Of a stretch of 64,000 nt of DNA, positions 48,789-56,759 are shown in pieces. The notes beneath the pieces were generated by a model that ran no database searches, had not been told where the DNA came from, and saw only the letters and a list, made by a program, of their open reading frames with translations. A program made the position numbers and the translations under genes. Origin of the DNA: Pseudomonadota bacterium. Lineage in GTDB: Bacteria > Bdellovibrionota > UBA1018 > CAIMNF01. Positions within the stretch are counted from its first letter, which is position 1. Every line of letters begins with the position of its first letter. The stretch lies in assembly GCA_027486675.1 (NCBI GenBank), contig JAIXOQ010000033.1, positions 1-64,000 of the forward strand, given 5' to 3'.

Positions 48789-50487
48789 AGTCTAAATTCA
48801 TTTTTTCTATCAGGTACCGAAAGTTTCTCTCAATCTGACCCCTCCTCAGTTTCAGGGTCGGAGTCAACTCGTGTTCATCTACTGAAAACTCACGGGAGAG
48901 CACAGCAAACTGAAGAATTTTTTCCCAATGCGGACGATTCTTTGAAACTTGGTCTAAGTGCTCGCGGATTCGTAGACGGACACCAGAGGACACCACTTCA
49001 ATGCCCTCGATCGCGCCCGCCTGAAACCTAAGGGCCAGGAGTTCCGGCTCCTTCAGTGTGATCAACGCACCCAAATGCCCGCGTCCATCCCCGACGATGC
49101 AAGCTTGAGAAATCTCTGGCAGTTCTTGGATCGCTGCCTCTAAGGAATTGGGGGATACCATGCGCCCACTTAGAAGTTTGACGATTTCGCGATTGCGTCC
49201 AATGATGCGCAACTCGCCTGAGGACATCGACCAGTCGCCCAGATCTCCGGTCAAGAGCCAGCCATCCACTAAAGCGGCTGAGGTTTCTTCTTTCTTTCGG
49301 TAGTACCCTAAAAAAACATTTCGCCCACGAACCCGAATCTCACCATCCGGCCCGATCTTCACTTCAACTCCACTTGCAGGCTTCCCCACTGAATCTGGAT
49401 CAACCTGATCTAATGCGGTTGCTGTGATCACACCCGCGGTCTCACTCATCCCGTAGACTTCGTGGATAGGAATTCCAATATGTTGAAACCAACGAGACAC
49501 CTCGGGGGGAAGTTTTGCTGCACCACTGACGGCAAGACGTAGGTCCCCAAGTCCCAGGGAAATACGTACTTTTTTTAAGAGCCAGTCCCTAGGAAAATCC
49601 AGCCATTGAGATTTCTCGGACCAGATCCAGAGCTTACTCAAGGCACGCTTCTGCAACTCTGGAACACTTTCAAGCTGAGACAGCAAAGCATCACGGAGTT
49701 TCGACCAGACCCTAGGCACCGCTAAAAATAATGTAGGACGCGCAACCTTGAGTTCTTCCGAAAAGCGCTCAAAGTCCTGACAAAGATGCACGGAGTAGCG
49801 TTGGCTGATCGCAACTGCGATCGTCTGCAGCTTTTCCGCTACGTGAGATAGAGGCAGGAAGGAGAACAAACGCCCGTGAGCAAACGGTAGATTCCATTGA
49901 CGAGTCAAACAATCGGCCGCAAAGGACAGATTGTCTAAACTGAGCATGACCCCTTTTGGCATCCCGGTGGTTCCGCTGGTGTAGACAATCCATGCTGGAA
50001 GGAGCGGATCGATCTCAGACAGATACTTCTCAAAAGTGAGAACTGCACCCTGAGACTCTTCTAAAGACGGAATCCAAGATTCGAGCACGATCCAGTTACT
50101 GCAGCCCACTTCTAGGCTACGAAGTCGGTCTCGGTAAACGCTCGATTGAACAATGATCCAAGTCGGATCGGTTTCTTCTAAGATCGCTTTCACTTCTGGA
50201 TCGATAGAATTTGGAGTGAGGGAAACACATATACCCCCTGCGAGAACGATCCCTAACTCCCAAAAAATTCGTGTAGCAGAATTGTGGGCATAAATCGCGA
50301 CCCTATCCCCTGGCTTAAATTCACCTTCGCGGAGCTGCCTTGCAATGGCCTCAACCGTTCTTAAGGCGTCTCCCACAGGGAATTCCTGCAGCCGGTGATC
50401 CGCATCCATCTGCTGATACAAAACCGCACCTTCGGCATCTTTGTGCCAAAGGAGGAAGCGGTGTAGAAGAGTACGCGCGTCGCGCAT
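48778..50487 (-). CDS. AMP-dependent acyl-CoA synthetase/ligase (long-chain fatty acid-CoA ligase-like)
   Basis: YTSGTTGMPKGV AMP-binding motif. Confidence 0.85.
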   Translation of the reverse strand: MRDARTLLHRFLLWHKDAEGAVLYQQMDADHRLQEFPVGDALRTVEAIARQLREGEFKPGDRVAIYAHNSATRIFWELGIVLAGGICVSLTPNSIDPEVKAILEETDPTWIIVQSSVYRDRLRSLEVGCSNWIVLESWIPSLEESQGAVLTFEKYLSEIDPLLPAWIVYTSGTTGMPKGVMLSLDNLSFAADCLTRQWNLPFAHGRLFSFLPLSHVAEKLQTIAVAISQRYSVHLCQDFERFSEELKVARPTLFLAVPRVWSKLRDALLSQLESVPELQKRALSKLWIWSEKSQWLDFPRDWLLKKVRISLGLGDLRLAVSGAAKLPPEVSRWFQHIGIPIHEVYGMSETAGVITATALDQVDPDSVGKPASGVEVKIGPDGEIRVRGRNVFLGYYRKKEETSAALVDGWLLTGDLGDWSMSSGELRIIGRNREIVKLLSGRMVSPNSLEAAIQELPEISQACIVGDGRGHLGALITLKEPELLALRFQAGAIEGIEVVSSGVRLRIREHLDQVSKNRPHWEKILQFAVLSREFSVDEHELTPTLKLRRGQIERNFRYLIEKMNLDSSG

Positions 50488-50502
50488 CCCTTAAGGATGC
50501 CC

Positions 50503-52320
50503 TTAGAGGGCCCCGAATGCACTAAACTCAGCGGGGCTTAGGCTTGCCACACCAAATTTTTCTAAAATGAGCTTTCGGTAAAGCCTGTGGTACCAAAAGT
50601 AATTCCGGCCAATCAGAGTGACGTAATTCCTAGTTTCAGCGTAAGGAATCAGATCTAAGAAAAGCATCCTGTTCCCCACCGGATAGCGTGCACGCCAGCG
50701 ATCGACCGCTTCTGGACCCGCATTGTAGGAGGCGAGTGCTAGCTCAACGTCCCCATCAAACCGATTAACGAGCATCTGAAAGTATTGAATCCCAAGACGA
50801 ATATTTGTATCCGCATCGAGAAGCTGCCGCTTGCTCACACCACGCTGCATCGTGCGCGCTGTCGCTGGCATCAGCTGCATGAGACCCACTGCTCCAACCG
50901 GCGAGCGGGCATTGGCCCGGAATGCGCTTTCCTGGCGGATTAGGGATGCCACCAAGATGGGATTCATACGGCCTGCGTGTTTTAAAACGAGATCAAAAAA
51001 CTCGAGCGGGTAGAAGAGCTGAAGCGTTTTATCGACGACGTATTCTGCCTTAGAGCGAAATACGCTATCGAGCAGACGAAATAGTGCTACGGGGTTGCCT
51101 GCGCGGTAAGCGAAGGATGCGAGGTAAAGCCTGACACCCGGTTCAAGCTGACTGAGCTCCTCAAGCTTCGGCTGAATCGGCGTCAGCAGCTTCAGCACTA
51201 AATCTTTACGTTTTCTTCGTGTCATTTCTTCCATGGCTTGGATCCATGGATTCACGCGCTCATCGAGTGCACTCCGCGTTTGTACGAGCGGATCTATTTC
51301 TTGGCCTAAGTTCCCAGACAACACCGAATCCCCGTCGGATAAAGAAAGCGTATGAAAGCCAAGAGGATTCATCTGAAAAAGTGCGTCGTAGTTATCAAAA
51401 AACGCGCTTTTATCCTTTGTTTCCCGAGCACACCATGCGGTCCAATAACGTGCTCGTGAAGAGTAGTCATTCATGACGGCATTGGATAAACGCTGCAAAG
51501 GGGGCGCCGCTGTCACGCAGTCTTTCTTAATGATCGATAGCAGTGCCAGACGAAATCTGGAGTTGTCCGTGTATTTGGTCGTCTCTGCGCACTGATCGGC
51601 CCTGGCATAAAGCCGGATAGCACGTTCGCGAAACTCTTCTTCAGGCATTTGCTCTTCGCTTTTTAGACCTAAGAAATTGTAGAGTTCGCTCGGCGCACAA
51701 ATCCCAGGCTCTAAAATCTTTGCTTCGACGGTCTTCAGCCCTTCTGTGATTCCAGGAAATGTTTTCAGCGCACGGTAATAGTCCCCTGGCCGTTGCTTCG
51801 GCACGGGAGCATATTCACCTGACTCAAGTTTTTGTGCGATTTGTTCAATCACAGGTGCGGGAGCGCGTCTACGCCGTTTTTTCGGGCGTTCTTGCTCCAC
51901 TTTTAAGTTGGGCGCAGTCGGTCCTTCTAACGCATCTTCTGACTGAAGCCAGCGAGCATACCATTTCGGCTTTAAAAATCGACAGGCTTCAGGCGCCCCG
52001 GTGAGCACACGGCAACGAAGAGGAAGCGGACGGGAGCCGGGGTTGACTGCCAATGCGCGCTCAAATTCATCAAAAAAGGAAATGTCTTCAGTTTTTAGGC
52101 TGGCATCGGGCGGGACATTTTCCAGAACTGAAGAAAATCGAACACCACTGCCCGATTCAGTAGTTCTTGCGTCGATCACTCGACGCGTGCGGACTTCTTC
52201 GCGGATCTCTCTCTTCACGGAACTACATGAAATAAAGAACGGGAGAAGGCTTAAAAAAAGTGCGAAACTGAGGCGGTGAGCTGGCTTTGGATAACAGATG
52301 AGTGGTCGTCTCTTGATCAT
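50503..52320 (-). CDS. soluble lytic murein transglycosylase (superhelical domain + SLT domain), lipoprotein
   Basis: Lipobox FISCSS; SLT motif GLMQLMPATA...ASYNAG. Confidence 0.8.
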   Translation of the reverse strand: MIKRRPLICYPKPAHRLSFALFLSLLPFFISCSSVKREIREEVRTRRVIDARTTESGSGVRFSSVLENVPPDASLKTEDISFFDEFERALAVNPGSRPLPLRCRVLTGAPEACRFLKPKWYARWLQSEDALEGPTAPNLKVEQERPKKRRRRAPAPVIEQIAQKLESGEYAPVPKQRPGDYYRALKTFPGITEGLKTVEAKILEPGICAPSELYNFLGLKSEEQMPEEEFRERAIRLYARADQCAETTKYTDNSRFRLALLSIIKKDCVTAAPPLQRLSNAVMNDYSSRARYWTAWCARETKDKSAFFDNYDALFQMNPLGFHTLSLSDGDSVLSGNLGQEIDPLVQTRSALDERVNPWIQAMEEMTRRKRKDLVLKLLTPIQPKLEELSQLEPGVRLYLASFAYRAGNPVALFRLLDSVFRSKAEYVVDKTLQLFYPLEFFDLVLKHAGRMNPILVASLIRQESAFRANARSPVGAVGLMQLMPATARTMQRGVSKRQLLDADTNIRLGIQYFQMLVNRFDGDVELALASYNAGPEAVDRWRARYPVGNRMLFLDLIPYAETRNYVTLIGRNYFWYHRLYRKLILEKFGVASLSPAEFSAFGAL

Positions 52321-53223
52321 GTTCTCGATACTTCTCTTCGTTTCATGAACGAAGCTGTAAATTTGGGAATACCTACCTATTGGTCCGAACCAACATTAAT
52401 TCTAGCATCGCATGAACCGAATGCACTGCGTGTGAGAAGGTATAGTGGAGATTTTAAACTCGGTGAAATTGAACTTGTCCCTGCGTCACAGTTTTGGCAG
52501 GCGCATTACCGGGTAGATCCGCCCGTGAACGATGCGTACTTTGCCCCGCTTGCTGTGCTGGAGCGTGCGCTCGGGGATCGGGTGATGAATCCTCCCGCAC
52601 TTTTGCGAAATCAAAGTGAAAAAATCCCTCCTGAGTCGCTGAAAGAGTTCAGACCGGTCACGGTGACTCTAGGGTCTGCGAAAGACTTAAGGTTGGCTTG
52701 GGATGAACTGGTGAACATCCAGGAACTGGTGGTGAAACCCTGGGGCGAAGCCCAAAGCAAGGGCGTGCACCGCGTGAAAAAACCAAATGACTTTTCTGCA
52801 TGGGAGGCATTGGTGAATCAGGAGACCCAGGCGTTCACACGCACGGTCGTGATCCAGGAATTTTTGGATGGGATCGAGCGGGGCGAACTTCGGTCCTGGT
52901 TTATTTTTGGAAAATTCTTAGGAGCACTGCGCAAACATCCACTGCCCAATGACTTCCTGGTATCGGTCGATGCTGGCTCCCGCCTGGAGCGGTATGACGT
53001 TAAGCTCGAAGACAAGCGTGAGCTGGATGCCTTGGGAGCGGTGCTTATGGCCCAAGGCGCAGCCCTCGCTGCGATTGATTGGATCCCAGGCCCGGGGAAG
53101 AGCGGATTTTCAGGCGCAAAGATTTCGGACTACAACATCACATCGCCAGGACTGCTGGTCCAGATGGAGCAACTTCACGGAAAGAACTTTGCTGCAGAAG
53201 CGATTGGGTGGCTGCGGCGGTGA
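52276..53223 (+). CDS. glutathione synthetase-like ATP-grasp protein
   Basis: The N-terminal D..(x)..DTS..FMNEA pattern and C-terminal ATP-grasp resemble GshB. GTG at 52276 would overlap the divergent slt 5' end by 45 nt; alternative ATG at 52345. Confidence 0.5.
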   Translation: MSWLWITDEWSSLDHVLDTSLRFMNEAVNLGIPTYWSEPTLILASHEPNALRVRRYSGDFKLGEIELVPASQFWQAHYRVDPPVNDAYFAPLAVLERALGDRVMNPPALLRNQSEKIPPESLKEFRPVTVTLGSAKDLRLAWDELVNIQELVVKPWGEAQSKGVHRVKKPNDFSAWEALVNQETQAFTRTVVIQEFLDGIERGELRSWFIFGKFLGALRKHPLPNDFLVSVDAGSRLERYDVKLEDKRELDALGAVLMAQGAALAAIDWIPGPGKSGFSGAKISDYNITSPGLLVQMEQLHGKNFAAEAIGWLRR

Positions 53224-53251
53224 GGCCGCAGCCAAAACGTTAAAACAACGG

Positions 53252-53620
53252 CTACTTTTTTGCAGGAAGAGCTGCAGGCGCTTTGCACTGTCCACCGACG
53301 CTCACTAGCGGCGACACACAGCCTGACTTGATCGGGAGCGTAGTCACAGGGCGCGCTATCCCTTTCGATGGGCCTGCCGCGCCGCCATTCTGAGAGCTGG
53401 TGCTCCGAAGGACCTCGCTCTCTCCGCCACAAGCTTTCGATGCATCGGCCCAACAATTCTTTTCGGTGTCAGTCCGGCCATTGCCTTCAGTCCCATTTTT
53501 GCAGGTCCAAGAACAGGACCAACCGGTCTCATACTTGTACGCTCTGCTTTGCTCCGGAAAAAAAACAGCAGTAATCACGGTAATAAAGAGAAAGGAGTAA
53601 AACTTGTTTATCTTCTTCAT
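53252..53620 (-). CDS. small secreted cysteine-rich protein (operon gene 3)
   Basis: Signal peptide; SCSWTCKNG...NCWADASKACGGE pattern shared with the two upstream genes; ATGA overlap. Confidence 0.55.
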   Translation of the reverse strand: MKKINKFYSFLFITVITAVFFPEQSRAYKYETGWSCSWTCKNGTEGNGRTDTEKNCWADASKACGGESEVLRSTSSQNGGAAGPSKGIARPVTTLPIKSGCVSPLVSVGGQCKAPAALPAKK

Positions 53621-53910
53621 GACTTCTTCCCCTGGATGTTCTGGAATACACTCTTGGGAAGTACATTCTTGGGAATCGCTTTGCGCTCATTGCAGCTGCT
53701 TCCAGACTTCTCTTCGCAGTCGACAGTATCGCAACCACCGGTCGAATTAAAACTACCTGTAGCGCCACTGGAACAGACCCAAGTACATCGACACCCTCCC
53801 GAGTCCATCGCCATACTGCCCCAAGTCCGTTTTGCGAAAGCATCATTCATGAAGAGGGCCGTGAACATGAACGTGATCACCGTAACTTTTGAACCTTTCA
53901 AATTTTTCAT
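53617..53910 (-). CDS. small secreted cysteine-rich protein (operon gene 2)
   Basis: Signal peptide; CRCTWVCSSG...GGCDTVDCEEKSGSSC. Confidence 0.55.
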   Translation of the reverse strand: MKNLKGSKVTVITFMFTALFMNDAFAKRTWGSMAMDSGGCRCTWVCSSGATGSFNSTGGCDTVDCEEKSGSSCNERKAIPKNVLPKSVFQNIQGKKS

Positions 53911-54179
53911 TTCGAGGCCCCATTCTGCAGCACCGTAATCGCAGGCTTCGTCAAAGTAGTTCCGCCCTTAACTGCAATTTTTTCACCACAGGCATTAATT
54001 GCCGTAGTCCTGCAATTCAGTGCATTCGCCCACTCCCCAAGCTGCTGGCTTCCTGAATTGCCGTTGTCACACGTGTATGTGCAATACTTAGAATTATTCA
54101 TGTCCACTTGTTTAAGTGCAAAAGCGGGACTCACTGAAAACAACATCGCAAAAACCGAAACCATAATCATCAACTTCAT
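53907..54179 (-). CDS. small secreted cysteine-rich protein (operon gene 1)
   Basis: Signal peptide MKLMIMVSVFAMLFSVSPAFA; YCTYTCDNG...NCRTTAINACGEK. Confidence 0.55.
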   Translation of the reverse strand: MKLMIMVSVFAMLFSVSPAFALKQVDMNNSKYCTYTCDNGNSGSQQLGEWANALNCRTTAINACGEKIAVKGGTTLTKPAITVLQNGASK

Positions 54180-54344
54180 TCTGTTCCCCTTTTTCTTAGT
54201 TCTTGACCAAACTACTGGTGACTACCAAGAACACGAAAACTCCCGTCTTCCGGTCGAGCTAGTGTTGATTTTAGATTACCCTCCGCCCTAAACAAAAATC
54301 AATGCGTCATCTATGACATGCGCCATGAGGCGCTTGAGAGGTTC

Positions 54345-54385
54345 GTAAATTTACAAATAGAATCTGAGTTTCCATTTGTAAATTT
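54345..54385. repeat. perfect 13-bp inverted repeat TAAATTTACAAAT-N15-ATTTGTAAATTTA
   Basis: Read directly from the intergenic region between the Cys-rich operon and cassette copy 1. Confidence 0.5.
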
Positions 54386-54454
54386 ATAGGGAATCTCTGA
54401 TTCCGGCTGAAGACTGGCCCGCTCCTGGGTTTACAACCCTGCTTTCTGCACTGC

Positions 54455-54468
54455 CGTTTCCGGAAACG
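54455..54468 (+). promoter_or_regulatory. 14-bp perfect palindrome CGTTTCCGGAAACG upstream of cassette copy 1
   Basis: Identical palindrome recurs upstream of copy 3 (57681-57694) within a conserved ~90-bp block. Confidence 0.35.
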
Positions 54469-54515
54469 AAAACTTCCTAAGTGTTTCATGAGCCTAGCCT
54501 AGGCAACTTTCGCCA

Positions 54516-54543
54516 TTGACGAGCCCCCCCCCCAATCTAAATT
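54516..54543 (+). promoter_or_regulatory. putative promoter TTGACG-N16-TAAATT with a 10-C homopolymer in the spacer
   Basis: Conserved in all three cassette copies; C10 tract at 54524-54533. Confidence 0.4.
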
Positions 54544-54606
54544 GGAAAAGTTGCCAGGGCGGGTGGTCTGTCGGGGCGGGATAACTTTTAGGGAGATAAA
54601 ACCGAG

Positions 54607-54954
54607 ATGAAAAAGATTTTTGGACTCATGGCGTTTGGGATGGTGTTGGTTGCGGGGACTGCGGAGGCACGCAATTACGCCTGCTTTAACTGTAAAGTGG
54701 GTCAACCCTGCAAAGTGGACCTATTGGTCACTGTTACGAACTCAAATGGCACAGTTACAACCAGTACAGAGTCTATCAATGGAATCGGGGTCAGGGACGG
54801 AAGCGGCACAGCTTGTGGCGCGCGCGTAGCGACCGCCGCGCTTCCGCTTGGGAGCCGACTTGTGCCACAAACAAACTGCACCGGAGGCGCGGTAGCGGTA
54901 GCCGGTATGTGCGCTAAGGCATCAATCGCAGTCTCGGCAACACCAACAAAATAA
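54607..54954 (+). CDS. secreted cysteine-rich protein, cassette copy 1 (conserved signal peptide, variable mature domain)
   Basis: MKKIFGLMAFGMVLVAGTAEA|RNYACFNCKVGQPCK...; RBS TAGGGAGAT. Confidence 0.6.
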   Translation: MKKIFGLMAFGMVLVAGTAEARNYACFNCKVGQPCKVDLLVTVTNSNGTVTTSTESINGIGVRDGSGTACGARVATAALPLGSRLVPQTNCTGGAVAVAGMCAKASIAVSATPTK

Positions 54955-54979
54955 CCGCCCTCAATCATTCAATTGATAT

Positions 54980-55022
54980 CGGGCCCTGGGACCAGACCTT
55001 GTCTGCCCGGGGCTTCTTTTTG
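54980..55022 (+). terminator. strong rho-independent terminator (conserved with the copy 2 terminator)
   Basis: gggccctgggaccagacc/ggtctgcccggggc bulged stem + TTCTTTTT. Confidence 0.65.
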
Positions 55023-55115
55023 CGTGTGCTCGCCACACGATTTGCCTATGGTAAACTTCCAAAAATGCAGGCCTTGCTTCAGTGGAACTATCGCTCTTTT
55101 CCGCTGGGAGAAACC

Positions 55116-55382
55116 ATGAACATTCAGATGGTGAATTTCGGAGAGTTTTTAATGTCGCGCCCAGCTGGACATGTGGCAGCGCAAATCATCGTTGAGAATT
55201 TCAGACCTGCTTCCCACGACTAAGTCATTGAGCTCGACTTTCTTAACGTGAAAGCAATCGGTCCATCTTGGTTGCACGAAGTGGTCAAGGGACTGCGCGG
55301 CAAGTACCCAAACAAAATCCAAGTTTTAGATCAAGGCAATGCCTCCGTGATTGAGTCGCTCAAGTTTGTCGACCTTCGGTAG
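55116..55382 (+). pseudogene. STAS-like (DUF4325) gene inactivated by an in-frame TAA (GAA>TAA at codon 36)
   Basis: About 90% nt identity to the intact gene at 57341-57607. Upstream, 55065-55115 keeps only the first and last codons of the GHKL ATPase gene (internal deletion), producing the chimeric ORF 54999-55223. Confidence 0.65.
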
Positions 55383-55519
55383 TTACGGCCTGAGTAAGAA
55401 CCAGATCATTTGGGTTGCACGTCCAGCGCATCAAGCGCAACTTCTGTTGCACCCAAAAAGTAACAATTCTTCATCTCTAAATCTTGGTCTCACCCTGGGG
55501 TTTTTTGTGCCGAAATCAG

Positions 55520-55915
55520 TCAATCCCCGTACACATCAAACTTCAATGTAGATCGTGCGTGAAGCAGCTTCTTATCCAAAGTCCACAGCGGTACTTTGTA
55601 TTCAGCCGCAAGCGTTCCAATCAGACAGTCTAAGGTCCCCAAAGTGATGCCGTTTTTCCTGGCCCGGAAATAATTCCACGCTGCCTGCCCCCAATGACGA
55701 TCTGTGACTTCCAGAAATTCAAAACCCAGCATGTACTCCCAGAGACTATGAAAAATTTCAGGCGTCCGGGCACCCTGGCAAACTTCTACGTGTATCGGAC
55801 GCACAATGCAGATCGCTGCGTTGTTCTTGATCATACGCTTAAGTCTCATGCACTCCGGATTCTTCGGAAGTGATCCTGCAATCCAAACCGAACTATCGAC
55901 GAGCACGGGTTGCAT
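55520..55915 (-). CDS. vapC: type II toxin VapC (PIN domain)
   Basis: VLVDSSVWI N-terminal PIN motif; conserved acidic residues. Confidence 0.7.
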   Translation of the reverse strand: MQPVLVDSSVWIAGSLPKNPECMRLKRMIKNNAAICIVRPIHVEVCQGARTPEIFHSLWEYMLGFEFLEVTDRHWGQAAWNYFRARKNGITLGTLDCLIGTLAAEYKVPLWTLDKKLLHARSTLKFDVYGD

Positions 55916-56108
55916 TGTTTGACCCTTTTTTCGTCACGGCACTTGAATCAAAGAAGTCCGTCCCAAGCATCTCAAACATACCCTGCCTTCTGCTTTGAGC
56001 GATCAGCGCATCAAGCGCATTGTTCAAGGTCTCTTTGATTGAATTCGTCCCGCCTAGTTTCCGGGCCAAATTTAACTTCTCTTCATCAAGCTCAACTGAG
56101 GTCTTCAT
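55893..56108 (-). CDS. vapB: type II antitoxin VapB (ribbon-helix-helix/Rv0623-like)
   Basis: 71 aa; MKTSVELDEEKLNLARKLGG...; overlaps the vapC start. Confidence 0.6.
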   Translation of the reverse strand: MKTSVELDEEKLNLARKLGGTNSIKETLNNALDALIAQSRRQGMFEMLGTDFFDSSAVTKKGSNNATRARR

Positions 56109-56226
56109 ATATCAAATATCTCCGTATCAGATATATTGTATCACAGCAGCATGGATCGCGATTCAGCGTGAACTGGGAATTAGTTCTTTAATAAAAACAA
56201 ACACTTACGGCGCGCAATTTTCACCA

Positions 56227-56254
56227 TTGACGAACCCCCCCCCCAATCTAAATT
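56227..56254 (+). promoter_or_regulatory. putative promoter TTGACG-N16-TAAATT with C10 tract in the spacer (copy 2)
   Basis: C10 at 56235-56244. Confidence 0.4.
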
Positions 56255-56319
56255 GGAAAAGTTGCCAGGGCGGGCGGTCTGCCGGGGCGCGCTCTTAACT
56301 TTATGGAGATTTAACCGAG

Positions 56320-56649
56320 ATGATGAAGATTTTTGGGCTCATGGCGTTTGGGATGTTGGTGATGGCAGGGAATGCGGAGGCAGACGTTAAATGTGATCCT
56401 TATCAAGGTAGAGGTTTCAAGTGTAGCGGCACCCTTGCCTGCGGGAAATCATTCTTAGTGATAGAGCTACAGGGAGGTGGAGGCGGCAGTTGGCACTGCA
56501 GCGCCACTCGCGTCGGTCAAAGCCCAGACATTGTGACAGGTGGTTCACCCATTTCTTCACTCCCTCAATCAACAGTGCAGCAGCTTCCTGCCGATCTTAA
56601 GGCTAAGGTGCAAGCAGCTCAGCAAAAAGCCGCAGCACCAAAAAAGTAA
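56320..56649 (+). CDS. secreted cysteine-rich protein, cassette copy 2
   Basis: MMKIFGLMAFGMLVMAGNAEA|DVKCDPYQGRGFKCSGTLACGK...; K/A-rich C-terminal tail. Confidence 0.6.
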   Translation: MMKIFGLMAFGMLVMAGNAEADVKCDPYQGRGFKCSGTLACGKSFLVIELQGGGGGSWHCSATRVGQSPDIVTGGSPISSLPQSTVQQLPADLKAKVQAAQQKAAAPKK

Positions 56650-56675
56650 CCGCTCTTAATCGTTCGATTCATTTC

Positions 56676-56717
56676 CGGCCCCGGGACCAGACCTGGTCTG
56701 CCCGGGGCTTCTTTTTG
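56676..56717 (+). terminator. strong rho-independent terminator
   Basis: gccccgggaccagacc/ggtctgcccggggc (14 bp with 1-nt bulge) + TTCTTTTT. Confidence 0.7.
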
Positions 56718-56759
56718 CCAGTGCGACGCCACACTGAGTGTCTATGATAAACTTCAAAA

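Noticed and set aside
54545-54600. Conserved G-rich 5' UTR (GCCAGGGCGGG.GGTCTG.CGGGGCG) as a structured riboswitch-like element
   Set aside because: Across the three copies the substitutions do not show compensatory base-pair covariation. Conservation is more simply explained by recent duplication or a protein-binding site.
54999-55223. 74-aa ORF listed in the ORF track
   Set aside because: It is a chimera: a leftover ATPase start fused by deletion to the STAS-like gene, then cut by a nonsense codon. It is better described as a pseudogene remnant.
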